DNA of 45,705 nt, from the NCBI GenBank assembly GCA_964344235.1, contig CAYFMJ010000006.1, positions 1-45,705 of the forward strand. The letters are read 5' to 3'. The notes beneath the pieces were generated by a model that saw only the letters and a list, made by a program, of their open reading frames with translations, had not been told where the DNA came from and made no database searches. This DNA comes from an uncultured Methanosarcinales archaeon. GTDB lineage: Archaea; Nanobdellota; Nanobdellia; Woesearchaeales; GW2011-AR9. How positions within the stretch are numbered: position 1 is the stretch's first letter; the number at the start of each line of letters is the position of its first letter. Of this stretch, positions 34,701 to 43,408 are shown piece by piece. A program made the position numbers and the translations under genes.

Positions 34701-35003
34701 CAAGTTATTTGTAAGTATGTCTTTGGAGAACTCTTTGGATTTATCCCGTTTTTTAGTTCGTTTAACTTAGTGGCTGATGGTTTGAAAGCCTTTATTTCGG
34801 ATTGGATTGGAACTGCAGCTTCCATTGCCTGGAATCTCTGTAAGAGTGCTTGTGGTGCTGGACCAGAAGTTTCTGGACTTTGTGATGTTACAACGTTTGT
34901 GATAAAATTATTCCAAATTATTACTGGTGTGATTGGTTCGTTACAAAGTCATGAGGCGATTGAATATGATTGGTGTGCAAGGGTGAATTTGGGTAAATTA
35001 TGA
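31719..35003 (+). CDS. Large secreted acidic protein with Ig-like repeats and a Cys-rich hydrophobic C-terminus
   Basis: Signal peptide; repeated D..AP.I/D..GN Ig-like signatures; amphipathic/hydrophobic helices and many Cys in the last ~300 aa. Confidence 0.75.
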   Translation: MNAQKAWSIAGLFVICLVVSMPFYSASSLAASVSITRNEGEAGIEGFIDAQGDTWEVDATITGALETSIDPERVRIKIGETVEQPFQSCSSSDLGVVCNYVSPLPNPVAETSVPFIVEYDFIDALQVITTTASAPAVINADGSEPEFDFSLGDVEQQADGSIEIDFTVTDKILVSAPAVGLEKIEITDAGNGDVLQTIDASNTANFELGDESFNYATDSGFGEKLQATFTGEGQRAIKIKAIDRLGHEGFSNAVTFDTDFVAPTASELNVTKLGKFVSDATVVSDVTMVVVESGNLALGTVVASSSDIPNINDKVAECVDISFSGQDREWLCTWKNVEVPPKSSLSVSVTMTDAFSNSKTQTLSASFVQDSIAPSIEFFGTERVFEGESFVKNGENTIVARIKEENSGLVEEDVLANLAGVGGGNGVTPDECELVDGLFECRWLVNKNSYGVEDGSAIDISLVSVKDAVGNEITKAGQVIVDNTAPEIEEIEAFGVSQTAGYKAFFQSQDKLVLEMKVIEDNGLMFLLDARDIINDAEITFPETVFADAGWMIFTEDNCEVEGTDIWTCALETDSMKSGFDSTVGFSLIALDTAGNPASVWPEEEPQLKNIEFEGISDDEAAFSFELLAVEDEAEPDYWEVDPPIEYLGFVDLDTAQLIPPRVAMEVELESDKAIARQMEAVDCVPAEGAPNLGVSRVLLYGGSSDAQGSVTPTLVVELDPFNPEEVFGVSLSAESEEEGVVSDPEEFEDLYVPFTCSLRIYSQVGESAIKNAELQEVEVTIPFGLTDLGALDTTVQDKIKEAREDGFTEFAEVMAAMGNVLQWIDFIVNLVIVPLVGIIEIITAVEIAMAPASKTGFATAITGGACAGTSTVETSLGDVLDFLQVPIQILSCNPEGFGEIYGPLGQWQQSVLDYYNAIATGGFAELEGTEAAFGMKGARTLRDNIIVSTIGLCIPGIIYNLEKLGQAQCQYIYCLENEALNGVPVDVCEQLRKQVICKYVFGELFGFIPFFSSFNLVADGLKAFISDWIGTAASIAWNLCKSACGAGPEVSGLCDVTTFVIKLFQIITGVIGSLQSHEAIEYDWCARVNLGKL

Positions 35004-37693
35004 TGGCAAAGAAATGGTTAGTGTTGTTAATGGTGTTTTTAGTAGTTAGTAGTGTTTCTGTTATGGCAGAGAGTTCTACTGAGGATGAGTGTGCAGGGTT
35101 CTTTGGTTTTTTCAGATGTTTATTTGGTGGCGAGAATATTGCTGGAGAAGCTACTGCAGCAGAGTATTTCGCCGATTTTGAAGAGCTTTATGGAGAAGAC
35201 GTAATGGAGGGGTATTTAGGTCTGGCGGGGAATATAGAAGGAGCAGTAAAGTTGGCAAGTGCGTTCAAAAGTGATACCTCTACAGCTACTAGCTATGTTG
35301 CCACTGAAGCAACAGTAGATGATGTAGTCGCTAAGTATTACGAAAACTTAGAGGCTGGTGAAACAGGACCAGAGGAAACTGATCCTGCTCCAACTGAAAC
35401 AGGTGGGGGAGATACTGGTAGTGTTGATAAGGAAGAGGAAACTGACGAGGATGATTCAAGTGGGCCCGCTACGGGAACATTACCTGATTCAACTGGAGGA
35501 TCTTCTAGTAGTGGGTCTTCAACATCCGGTTCTGGAAGTACTTCAAGTGGAAGTTCTAAGTCTTCTAGCTCAGGGACGATTGATGCGGCAAAAGGAACTC
35601 TTGATATTAAAGAAGGGGAGACTTACAAATTTGGTGGGCAAGAAATTAAAGGTGGAACTGGTGAAGGTGAGTTACAGCCAGGAAAATATGTTAAAGGTGC
35701 TAATGGGATGTATGTGCCCGTAGGAAAGGAACCTGGTTCGAGTGGGACTGTTTTATTAAGTGATGGGAAAGTAATTCCCTCTTATTTTGGGAAGGGAACA
35801 TCTTCATCTCCGGGTGCTGTAACTTCTGGTTCTGGTAGCGATCCGGCAACTTCAGTTATGGTTCAAGATAGCGAAGGGAAATTTCATATAATAACAGAAG
35901 ATACATATGCTGCTTATGATAATCTATGTAGGACGAGCTGTGAAATTAAAGGGGCCGACACGTTTGAGACGGGAAACGCTGAAGTGACTGTGAGAAATGG
36001 TGTGATTATACAAAAATACACGAGTGGTAACAATAAAGGGCAGATTGAGATAGGTAATGATGAAGGGAGTGTTACTCTTGCAGGGGATGCAAAAAATTTG
36101 CTTGCACTGTCTAAGGGCTCTGAAATAGAAGTTAATGGAGAGTCTGTCTCATTTACTGCAAAAGATGGAACAACGGTTCAAATTAAACAAAATGCTTGGG
36201 GCCTTGCTACAGAGACAACAAGAGAAGGGAAGACAACGAACACATATTATGTTGGTGGGAAAGCGGTTACAACAGATGATGAAGGGAATATTGATTTCTT
36301 AGGACAGAAATGGGCGAGTGCAAAGCCTACTAGTAAGAGTTTAGAGCTACGTGGGTTTGATAATGAGAAAGCACTTGCAAGTGGAAACGCGGATGGTTCG
36401 AGAACATTAACGGTTGAGGATGGAGATACAAAAACAACTACAACGACGTATTTAGATGGAACTATTGAAGAGAAGGTTGAAGAAGATGGAAAAATTGAAT
36501 CATGGGTGACAAGACATCCCAATGGAAAACTAAAATCAGAAGTAGAGACTAAGGATGGTGAGTTTGTTGCAAATGTCTTTTATGATAAACATGGAAATGT
36601 TGATGGAATTTGTTCTGATAAAGGTTGTAAAGAAGCTACGCTTAAGTTTAGATCTAATACAGAAAAATGTAAAGGGCAATATGACTCGGCTGGCTGTTAT
36701 TTTGATCCAGAGAACCCAGATGTTCCAGTAACTGAATCAGAGATTAATAATGGTGCCGGGAAAGAGTTACAAGATAAGATTTATGATCAACAATTACGTA
36801 ATGGAGATTTAGGATGGCAACAAACCATGCAAACTCTCTTCAATCGGCCTGTAAGTGCATATGCTATCGCTAATGAATGGGAAGCGTACGGAGATTGGAT
36901 TAATTTTTGGGATGAGGTTTTTGCGAGTTATCTTCCGGTAACAGATGAGTTTTATGAATCAGCCATCTGTGAAGAATGGTGGTTCCCAATTGAACCAACG
37001 AGTGAGGTAACGTTAATTGAGACACCAGATGGAGGAAGAAGAGTTGCAGCGCATATTGAAGCAGAGAAAACGTATCAACAGGTTTTATTGTGTGGTGAGG
37101 ATGATTTCTGTCCAGATGAACTAGAATGCCGGAAAGATGGTTTCTGCTATGTTGAAGGTGATGAAGAGCCGTCTGACGGGTGGTTCTATAAGATTTCTTG
37201 GGGGGTTACGGCACCAAGCGATGATAGTTTAATCAGCGCAAGTGGTTCGCAAGGAGCTGAAGGAACTGCTGTCGCTTTCAATATAGGAATCTCTGGTAGT
37301 AATGAACCGGAGCAGTTTTTCTTCGCTAATGCAGGTGGCGTGAGGAGTGTAGATACAATTGAGTTAGAAAAAGGAGAGAGTAGCACTGCGAATTATACTT
37401 CATTGATTATGGATTATTCTTCAAAAGACTTTAATGAAGTCTGTGTGCGGTGGAGTGATGATAAAAGACCAATGACCGCGGAAAGTGGTGTATTTAAAGG
37501 AGTTGAAACATTCCCTAATCCTTTTGTGAGTAGTTCTGGCAATAAGCAAACAAAACCCGTTTCTGACTTATGTAATCCAATTAATGATGCTGAGATTGTG
37601 ACGTTGGGAGAGTTAGGTTCAATTGACATTTCTACCGGTTCAATTAGTGGAACAGGGAATGAAGTACAATTCTGTGGGTTTAGTGGATGTTAA
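35000..37693 (+). CDS. Large secreted protein with Gly/Ser/Thr low-complexity tract and beta-hairpin repeats
   Basis: Signal peptide, CAGFFGFFRCLFGGENIAG motif, GGSSSSGSSTSGSGSTSSGSS tract, MORN/YwqK-like HPNGKLKSE..YDKHGN. Confidence 0.75.
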   Translation: MMAKKWLVLLMVFLVVSSVSVMAESSTEDECAGFFGFFRCLFGGENIAGEATAAEYFADFEELYGEDVMEGYLGLAGNIEGAVKLASAFKSDTSTATSYVATEATVDDVVAKYYENLEAGETGPEETDPAPTETGGGDTGSVDKEEETDEDDSSGPATGTLPDSTGGSSSSGSSTSGSGSTSSGSSKSSSSGTIDAAKGTLDIKEGETYKFGGQEIKGGTGEGELQPGKYVKGANGMYVPVGKEPGSSGTVLLSDGKVIPSYFGKGTSSSPGAVTSGSGSDPATSVMVQDSEGKFHIITEDTYAAYDNLCRTSCEIKGADTFETGNAEVTVRNGVIIQKYTSGNNKGQIEIGNDEGSVTLAGDAKNLLALSKGSEIEVNGESVSFTAKDGTTVQIKQNAWGLATETTREGKTTNTYYVGGKAVTTDDEGNIDFLGQKWASAKPTSKSLELRGFDNEKALASGNADGSRTLTVEDGDTKTTTTTYLDGTIEEKVEEDGKIESWVTRHPNGKLKSEVETKDGEFVANVFYDKHGNVDGICSDKGCKEATLKFRSNTEKCKGQYDSAGCYFDPENPDVPVTESEINNGAGKELQDKIYDQQLRNGDLGWQQTMQTLFNRPVSAYAIANEWEAYGDWINFWDEVFASYLPVTDEFYESAICEEWWFPIEPTSEVTLIETPDGGRRVAAHIEAEKTYQQVLLCGEDDFCPDELECRKDGFCYVEGDEEPSDGWFYKISWGVTAPSDDSLISASGSQGAEGTAVAFNIGISGSNEPEQFFFANAGGVRSVDTIELEKGESSTANYTSLIMDYSSKDFNEVCVRWSDDKRPMTAESGVFKGVETFPNPFVSSSGNKQTKPVSDLCNPINDAEIVTLGELGSIDISTGSISGTGNEVQFCGFSGC

Positions 37694-37739
37694 ACACTTA
37701 AAGCAAATCTTTTTATATATCTGCTTTCTTTAAGTTGCT

Positions 37740-38543
37740 ATGAAAAGGTATTTACGTAATTTCTTAGAATCGTTTAAAGACATAATGATTTTGAAAGTGC
37801 TCTTTGTTGATGCCGTATTCTTCTTAGGGATGTATTTGATAACTGTGGGGTTCTTTGGGTATGTACAAGCTAAATCGTTAGCGATAACGCAAGGATATCC
37901 GTTACAACAAATTCAACAACTATTACTTAATGCGCCTGAGAAAGCAGCTGACATTTTGGCTTCTTTACAAGGTGTTTTAGTGTTCTTTTTAGTAGGATTT
38001 ATTGTGTTGATAATTGCATACGTCTTACTGTTTTCGTATTCGAGAGCATTTATTTGGAATATGTTGCGAGGCAAGAAATTTTCTATGAAGCGATATTGGC
38101 GATGGAATGCAGTTAATGTGATTTTATTTGTGTTATTTGTTATCTATTTAATTGCGTTTTCAATGGTGAAATTTATTACGTCAGCGTTTTTACGGAATAT
38201 TCATAGCCCAGTTGTTTCTGTAGTGGTGGATGGAACAATAACGCTGTCGTTACTAGGGATATTTATGTTGTTTACATTTCTAGTCTATTACACGTTTGTT
38301 GAGAGATATAAAGTCTGGGAATCTGTTGGGAATGCATTTCACTTGATTGGTGCGAAGTGGAGTCAATTATGGAAAGTGTTTTTATTGTCTATCTTTGTAA
38401 TGGGGGTTGTTAATCTTCTATTATATGGATTTGGAAGTGCTGTTGTTTTTCTTCCTAGAACGTTTGCGTTACTTAGTTTCGTTGCCATGCTGTTAACAAT
38501 AGCATGGATGAGAGTGTATGTTGTAAGGGTATTGAGAGAATAA
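37740..38543 (+). CDS. Polytopic membrane protein
   Basis: About 6-7 hydrophobic segments. Confidence 0.7.
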   Translation: MKRYLRNFLESFKDIMILKVLFVDAVFFLGMYLITVGFFGYVQAKSLAITQGYPLQQIQQLLLNAPEKAADILASLQGVLVFFLVGFIVLIIAYVLLFSYSRAFIWNMLRGKKFSMKRYWRWNAVNVILFVLFVIYLIAFSMVKFITSAFLRNIHSPVVSVVVDGTITLSLLGIFMLFTFLVYYTFVERYKVWESVGNAFHLIGAKWSQLWKVFLLSIFVMGVVNLLLYGFGSAVVFLPRTFALLSFVAMLLTIAWMRVYVVRVLRE

Positions 38544-38558
38544 AGTAATAATAAAAAA

Positions 38559-38756
38559 TTAACTTTTCTTAAACTGCCCAGCTAAGTCAACTAATTCTAC
38601 GTGACCCATAAATAATCCTCGGCAACAGAATCGTTCTAAACCTAACGAGGAGAGTGCTTTCTGTGTTTTTTCTCCCTTTTCAAGAAGTTGTTGGTATTCT
38701 TCCCATAAATGTCCTACGGGTTTTCCGCAACTAAAGCATCGAATTGGTATAATCAT
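38559..38756 (-). CDS. rpoN: RNA polymerase subunit N (Rpo10)
   Basis: MIIPIRCFSCGK..RFCCR. Confidence 0.98.
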   Translation of the reverse strand: MIIPIRCFSCGKPVGHLWEEYQQLLEKGEKTQKALSSLGLERFCCRGLFMGHVELVDLAGQFKKS

Positions 38757-38767
38757 TTTTATCTCTC

Positions 38768-39163
38768 CTATCTATATGACTTTTGTCGTTTTGCTCTCGC
38801 TTTTGAATCGTTTGGTTTACATACTTCTTTTTGTCGCACATCTGCAACAAGTAATAAACGATCGTATTCTGTAAATGTTTTCTTTAATTTATTGTCATGC
38901 TGTACCAAAGCCCTAGCGATTGCTAAACGCATTGCATCTGCTTGGCCGTTAATACCACCGCCGTTTACGGTTAATGCAATGTCAACTTTCTTTGCGGCAG
39001 CTCCTGCTAATACTAATGGTTCTTGCACACGTAAACGAAGTAATTCATTACCATATTTTTCTAATAATTGTTTATTCACAGTTACTTTACCAGTTCCTGT
39101 AGTTAATGCAGCACGAGCTACGGATTTCTTTCGTGTACCGCTGGTATGAATTGGTTTCTTCAT
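38768..39163 (-). CDS. rps9: Ribosomal protein uS9
   Basis: SGTRKKSVARA, VNGGGINGQADA, ARAKRQKSYR. Confidence 0.98.
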   Translation of the reverse strand: MKKPIHTSGTRKKSVARAALTTGTGKVTVNKQLLEKYGNELLRLRVQEPLVLAGAAAKKVDIALTVNGGGINGQADAMRLAIARALVQHDNKLKKTFTEYDRLLLVADVRQKEVCKPNDSKARAKRQKSYR

Positions 39164-39583
39164 TTACTTGCCTCCTAGTGCTTTACACATATCTCCTACA
39201 GTTGTGTATTGTAATGTAGGTAGCTTAGATCGTGATGCACTCTCAATCGTTAAGAGTTTCTCGTTTGCTAATGCTTCTGGTACGCCACGGAAGCACATAA
39301 CACGTTTAAATGCTTCTTTGCCTCTTCCCTGTTTCCAAGGTAGCATACCCCGAATAGTTCTTCGAACAACCCTATCGGGAAGACGTGTGTGTTTTGCGCT
39401 CTTTAACGGATAACCTTTACGGTCACGCTGTTGTTTTCCTCGCGCAACGGTGTTGACTTTTTTCCCACTAATAATGATTTTTTCACAATTTACAACTTTT
39501 ACTTCTTCTCCCATCAGAGCATCTTTTGCTACTTTTGCTGCTAATCGCCCAAGGATCATGTTTTCGCCGTTGTATACTTTCAT
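39164..39583 (-). CDS. rpl13: Ribosomal protein uL13
   Basis: ILGRLAAKVAK, VVNCEKIIISG, RRTIRGMLPWK. Confidence 0.98.
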   Translation of the reverse strand: MKVYNGENMILGRLAAKVAKDALMGEEVKVVNCEKIIISGKKVNTVARGKQQRDRKGYPLKSAKHTRLPDRVVRRTIRGMLPWKQGRGKEAFKRVMCFRGVPEALANEKLLTIESASRSKLPTLQYTTVGDMCKALGGK

Positions 39584-39939
39584 CCTAAAATCCTCACGTT
39601 TTTCCCATCAGGGTTTTGTTGTAATAATTCTTTGATCGTTAGTACTTTGCCGCTTGCTTTCTCGATTTTCTCTTTAGCTTCTGTAGAGAATGTTAATGCA
39701 GCAACGTTTACTTTTTTCGTTAACTCTCCTACACTTAACACTTTTCCGGGAACGATGATTGTTTCGCCGTCTTTTGCATATTGGTTGATTTTGTACACAT
39801 TAACGGTTCGTCGTTTTCTAGATGGTTTCTGTAAGTCCTGTGCAATTCTCTTCCAGAATCTACTTTGTACTGCTTTCTCCTGTAACTCGCTTAGGAGGGT
39901 TTGTACTTGTACGTTTGTAGGTCCTGTTCGTTTTGCCAT
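39580..39939 (-). CDS. rpl18e: Ribosomal protein eL18
   Basis: MAKRTGPTN, VNVYKIN, IVPGKVLSVG; true start at MAKRT rather than 40029. Confidence 0.96.
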   Translation of the reverse strand: MAKRTGPTNVQVQTLLSELQEKAVQSRFWKRIAQDLQKPSRKRRTVNVYKINQYAKDGETIIVPGKVLSVGELTKKVNVAALTFSTEAKEKIEKASGKVLTIKELLQQNPDGKNVRILG

Positions 39940-39941
39940 TA

Positions 39942-40724
39942 TTATAATTGTGCTTCTAGAGCTTCTGCTTTTTGCGTTAAGATTCCTGCAGCTGTTTTGA
40001 GGATATCTTTGTGGGATAATTGTCCCCAACTTTCTAATGTGAAAATGATGTTGTCGGAATAGTCAATTGTAATTCCCTCATCTAAATCACTGTAAAATTC
40101 AAGTAAGTTTGATGCGTAGACTTTGTCTTGATTCACGGAAACTGAAGAGCCTTTACCTGTAAAGACACCGTCAGTGCAATGTTCTAAGACATTTTCAGCG
40201 TTTTGTAGTTTGCCCACTTTTACGATTGGTTCTTTTTTGTAGAAAGCCCAACCTGGAGCCCACTTAACATGGTCTTTACCCTGGCCCATATGTGCAATCA
40301 TGGTAACGTCAACTTTCTGCTTTGCAAGTAATTTTACAATTGGCATTTTTGGATAGACAAATGTACATTTTGGATCAGAACTTTCTGCGTCTTCTGCGTA
40401 GACGTAGCCTTTCTTGGATGCTTTCAATTTGATTTGTAGTGTGCATCGTGCACTTCGCTCGTCTAATTCTGCTTGTGACTCTGGTAATCGGTATGATTTA
40501 ATATCTGTTTTAATAGGAACTAAACCAGCTCGTAAAGCTAGCATTTCGTCGTATAATGCTGAGTCGTTATCTTTAATCTCAACATCTTCAATCGCTAGTG
40601 TTGGAACTTCTTCAACGATTAGTCTACGAACAGTATTTGCAAATGCTTCAGAACTTCCTTTGATCAGGAATGTTATCTTATTCGCTTTCTTTTCTTCTTT
40701 AATTTTTTCTAGTTTTAGAGCCAT
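39942..40724 (-). CDS. rpoD: RNA polymerase subunit D (Rpo3)
   Basis: FANTVRRLIVEEVPTLAIE, LYDEMLALRAGLVP, PIVKL, HVKW. Confidence 0.96.
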   Translation of the reverse strand: MALKLEKIKEEKKANKITFLIKGSSEAFANTVRRLIVEEVPTLAIEDVEIKDNDSALYDEMLALRAGLVPIKTDIKSYRLPESQAELDERSARCTLQIKLKASKKGYVYAEDAESSDPKCTFVYPKMPIVKLLAKQKVDVTMIAHMGQGKDHVKWAPGWAFYKKEPIVKVGKLQNAENVLEHCTDGVFTGKGSSVSVNQDKVYASNLLEFYSDLDEGITIDYSDNIIFTLESWGQLSHKDILKTAAGILTQKAEALEAQL

Positions 40725-40727
40725 TGT

Positions 40728-41171
40728 TTATACCCGACGTCCTCGTTTTCCGCCTTTTGCCCGACAACCATTGTGTGGTTCGGGAGTTACTTCTTCGATT
40801 TTTCCAATTCTGATGCCTACTCGTGATAATGTTCTGATAAATGCCTGTGCACCGGGACCTGGGTTCTTTGGGCCGTTATGGCCACCCTTTGCTCGAACTT
40901 TAATGTAGAGGCCATTAACGCCCTTCTCACGGCATAGTTCTGCTACTTTCTTGGCAATTGACATCGCGGCACTTGGTGAGCTTTCTAGTCTGTCAGACTT
41001 TACCATTTGACCGCCACTTGCTCGTGCTAAGGTTTCTGTTCCTGTAATATCTGTTACTGTTACGATTGTATTGTTATATGAGGAAAAGACATGCGCAATA
41101 CCCCAACGCATTGGTTTACGTTGTCGATCGTGTGAGTGTTCTCTTCTTCTAGGATTAGTTGGTCTAGGCAT
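40728..41171 (-). CDS. rps11: Ribosomal protein uS11
   Basis: [40 protein letters not shown]. Confidence 0.98.
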   Translation of the reverse strand: MPRPTNPRRREHSHDRQRKPMRWGIAHVFSSYNNTIVTVTDITGTETLARASGGQMVKSDRLESSPSAAMSIAKKVAELCREKGVNGLYIKVRAKGGHNGPKNPGPGAQAFIRTLSRVGIRIGKIEEVTPEPHNGCRAKGGKRGRRV

Positions 41172-41883
41172 TTTGTGGTTCCTCTGCTGGCTGTTCTGTT
41201 GTTTCCGGCTCCGCAGGAGTTTCTGCTACTGGTTCTTCTGCTTTCTCCTCAGTAGGAGTTGCTTCCTCCGCTTTTGCAGGTTCCGCAGCTACTTCTTCAG
41301 CTGGCTTTTCTTCAACTGCTGCCTCTTTCTTTAGTTTAATTGCTTCAGCTTCTTTACGAATTTCAGCTGCTTCATTTGATCGTTCTGGATGTGTCTCAGC
41401 AGCAAGTGCTGATTTTGCTTTGAATGTCACCTGTGATTCTTCTTCTAATGTAACTAAATGTGATGGTGAAGTGATTTCTTTATTACCAACAACAATGTGT
41501 CTGTGTGTAATAAATTGTCTCGCTTGTTTCATGGATCGAGCTAGTTTATTGTTGTACACAATACTTTGTAGTCGTCTGTTTAGAACACTCTGTACTTCTA
41601 AACTTAGAATGGAGTCTAGGTCTGCTCCTGCTTGTAGTAATCCTAAATTTTGTAATTTCTGTAAAATTTGTTGCTTCTCTTTCTCGCCCTGTGCGGTTTT
41701 CTGAGCAATTAACCGCTTTGCGATATTCTTGTATTTTTTTAAGAATGATTGAGCTTTCAAGATATCTCTACGGTTTCGTAGACCAAAGTCTCTTCGTAAT
41801 ACTTTACCTGTATCAATAGCTGTTTTATTCCACGGATGTTGTGGAGTGTCGTACGTTTTCCGTAATCTCTTAGGGTCGCCCAT
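41164..41883 (-). CDS. rps4: Ribosomal protein uS4 with acidic Ala/Glu/Pro tail
   Basis: [35 protein letters not shown]. Confidence 0.97.
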   Translation of the reverse strand: MGDPKRLRKTYDTPQHPWNKTAIDTGKVLRRDFGLRNRRDILKAQSFLKKYKNIAKRLIAQKTAQGEKEKQQILQKLQNLGLLQAGADLDSILSLEVQSVLNRRLQSIVYNNKLARSMKQARQFITHRHIVVGNKEITSPSHLVTLEEESQVTFKAKSALAAETHPERSNEAAEIRKEAEAIKLKKEAAVEEKPAEEVAAEPAKAEEATPTEEKAEEPVAETPAEPETTEQPAEEPQNA

Positions 41884-41907
41884 TGTATGTTCCTGTTATG
41901 TGTTGTT

Positions 41908-42384
41908 CTATTTCTTTCCTTTTTTCTTTACACCAACTACTTTACCTTTACTTTTTCTGAAGTTAGACCTCGTCCTCTGACCTCGTACAGGTAATTTTTT
42001 CTGGTGTCGTAATCCTCGATAGGACTTGATTTTCTTTAATCGCTTAAGATCGTTTTCTTTGGTAAAATTAAGTGTTCCAGTTAAAATGTGCTTGTTTTCT
42101 CCTGTTTCATAATCCCGTTGTCTGTTTGCCATCCACGTTGGCACGTTATTGCTTAATGGGGATGCTGTAACATCGTTTAGTTTTTGAACCTGATCGTTCG
42201 TGAGGTTTCCTATTTTTGCTTGCCTATCAACATTTGCTAAAGAACAGATAACTGCTGCGAGGTTTTTACCGACACCTTTGATTTTCGTTAAAGCAACAAC
42301 GATTGGTTTCTCACCTGGAACGTCAACGTTCGCAATTCTAACAATATGCTTAAAATTCTGATTTTGTTGTTCTTTTTCTGTCAT
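41908..42384 (-). CDS. rps13: Ribosomal protein uS13
   Basis: ALTKIKGVG, WMANRQRD, IKSYRGLRH..LPVRGQRTRSN. Confidence 0.98.
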   Translation of the reverse strand: MTEKEQQNQNFKHIVRIANVDVPGEKPIVVALTKIKGVGKNLAAVICSLANVDRQAKIGNLTNDQVQKLNDVTASPLSNNVPTWMANRQRDYETGENKHILTGTLNFTKENDLKRLKKIKSYRGLRHQKKLPVRGQRTRSNFRKSKGKVVGVKKKGKK

Positions 42385-42393
42385 TTTCTATAA

Positions 42394-42446
42394 ATCAGCT
42401 CAAGAATACGTCTATTCTACCCTAAATCGCGTGAACTCGGGCTGAT
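42394..42446 (-). promoter_or_regulatory. Structured 5' leader of the rps13 operon
   Basis: ATCAGCCCGAG...CTTGAGCTGAT closing stem starting about 25 nt downstream of TTTATAAG and ending 9 nt before the ATG. Confidence 0.55.
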
Positions 42447-42556
42447 ATTGCATGAAAAAGTAGGTTACTTATAAAGGTATCGGATTACTAGGTGTATCTT
42501 TAGATATGGAGTATAACAACGAAATGGTTAAGTATGATATATGATATTCTGCCATA

Positions 42557-43408
42557 ATGCGCAAGACGTATCTAGCAGGAGTTACGGGATGTTCTGGTTC
42601 TGGGAAGACGACATTTGTTAATTTGGTGGAAGCTCATTTGCAGAAATGGGGAACACAGGTAGCTCGGTACCGGGTGGATAATGATTATAGAGATTACTCT
42701 AATTTGTCATGGCAGGAGAGGGAAGCGTTATATTTAGACTCTGACAGAAATTTTGATCACCCTAATTCAGTTGATTTTGAACGAACAGTGAGACATTTAG
42801 AAGCGATTAAGCGTGGTGAAGAGATTAGATTTCAACGATATGATTTCTCTCAGCATTGCCATGGCGAGGAGGAAGATAGTATCGCGGCGGGACAGGATGT
42901 TGTATTAGTGGATGGAATATTTGCAGGGTACCAAGGGCCAGAGATAGGAGAACAAGAGGATGCGTTACGGCGATTGTATAACCTTTTTTTGTTTGTGAAT
43001 GGTTCCCCGAGTTGCAGTTTACAACGCAGAATTGTTCGAGATGCACACCATAGAGTTCAGAGGAAAGAAGCAGAATCTCTTGCGGATCCTAAGTTTGCTA
43101 TTATTCGAGAGATGTATGCTCGGTTTGTAGAACCAACAAAGATGTACGCTGATGAGGTGCTAGATGGTGAATGGAGATTTGGTTCGTATGTTCATGAAAA
43201 TGGAGGAATGTTAGATTTTAGACTTGTTATGCGGAAAATGATTGACATTACACAGCATTGGGCGCGGAGAATTCATCAGGATAGATTTGGTCCGTCACCT
43301 GATTCGGCAGTGCCAAGACTTTCTGCTGGAGAATTTGATGCGTTAGAATTATCGTTTGTAGTAGAGGGAGAAACGGGAGCGGAATCCTTTCCTTTACGTT
43401 TTGGTTGA
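42557..43408 (+). CDS. udk: Uridine kinase family
   Basis: GVTGCSGSGKTT, NFDHPNSVD, YDFSQH, LVDGIFA, LQRRIVRD, FVEPTKMYAD. Confidence 0.9.
   Translation: MRKTYLAGVTGCSGSGKTTFVNLVEAHLQKWGTQVARYRVDNDYRDYSNLSWQEREALYLDSDRNFDHPNSVDFERTVRHLEAIKRGEEIRFQRYDFSQHCHGEEEDSIAAGQDVVLVDGIFAGYQGPEIGEQEDALRRLYNLFLFVNGSPSCSLQRRIVRDAHHRVQRKEAESLADPKFAIIREMYARFVEPTKMYADEVLDGEWRFGSYVHENGGMLDFRLVMRKMIDITQHWARRIHQDRFGPSPDSAVPRLSAGEFDALELSFVVEGETGAESFPLRFG

Noticed and set aside
41164-41330. Acidic Ala/Glu/Pro tail on uS4
   Set aside because: Low-complexity acidic r-protein tails are common; no repeat structure of note.
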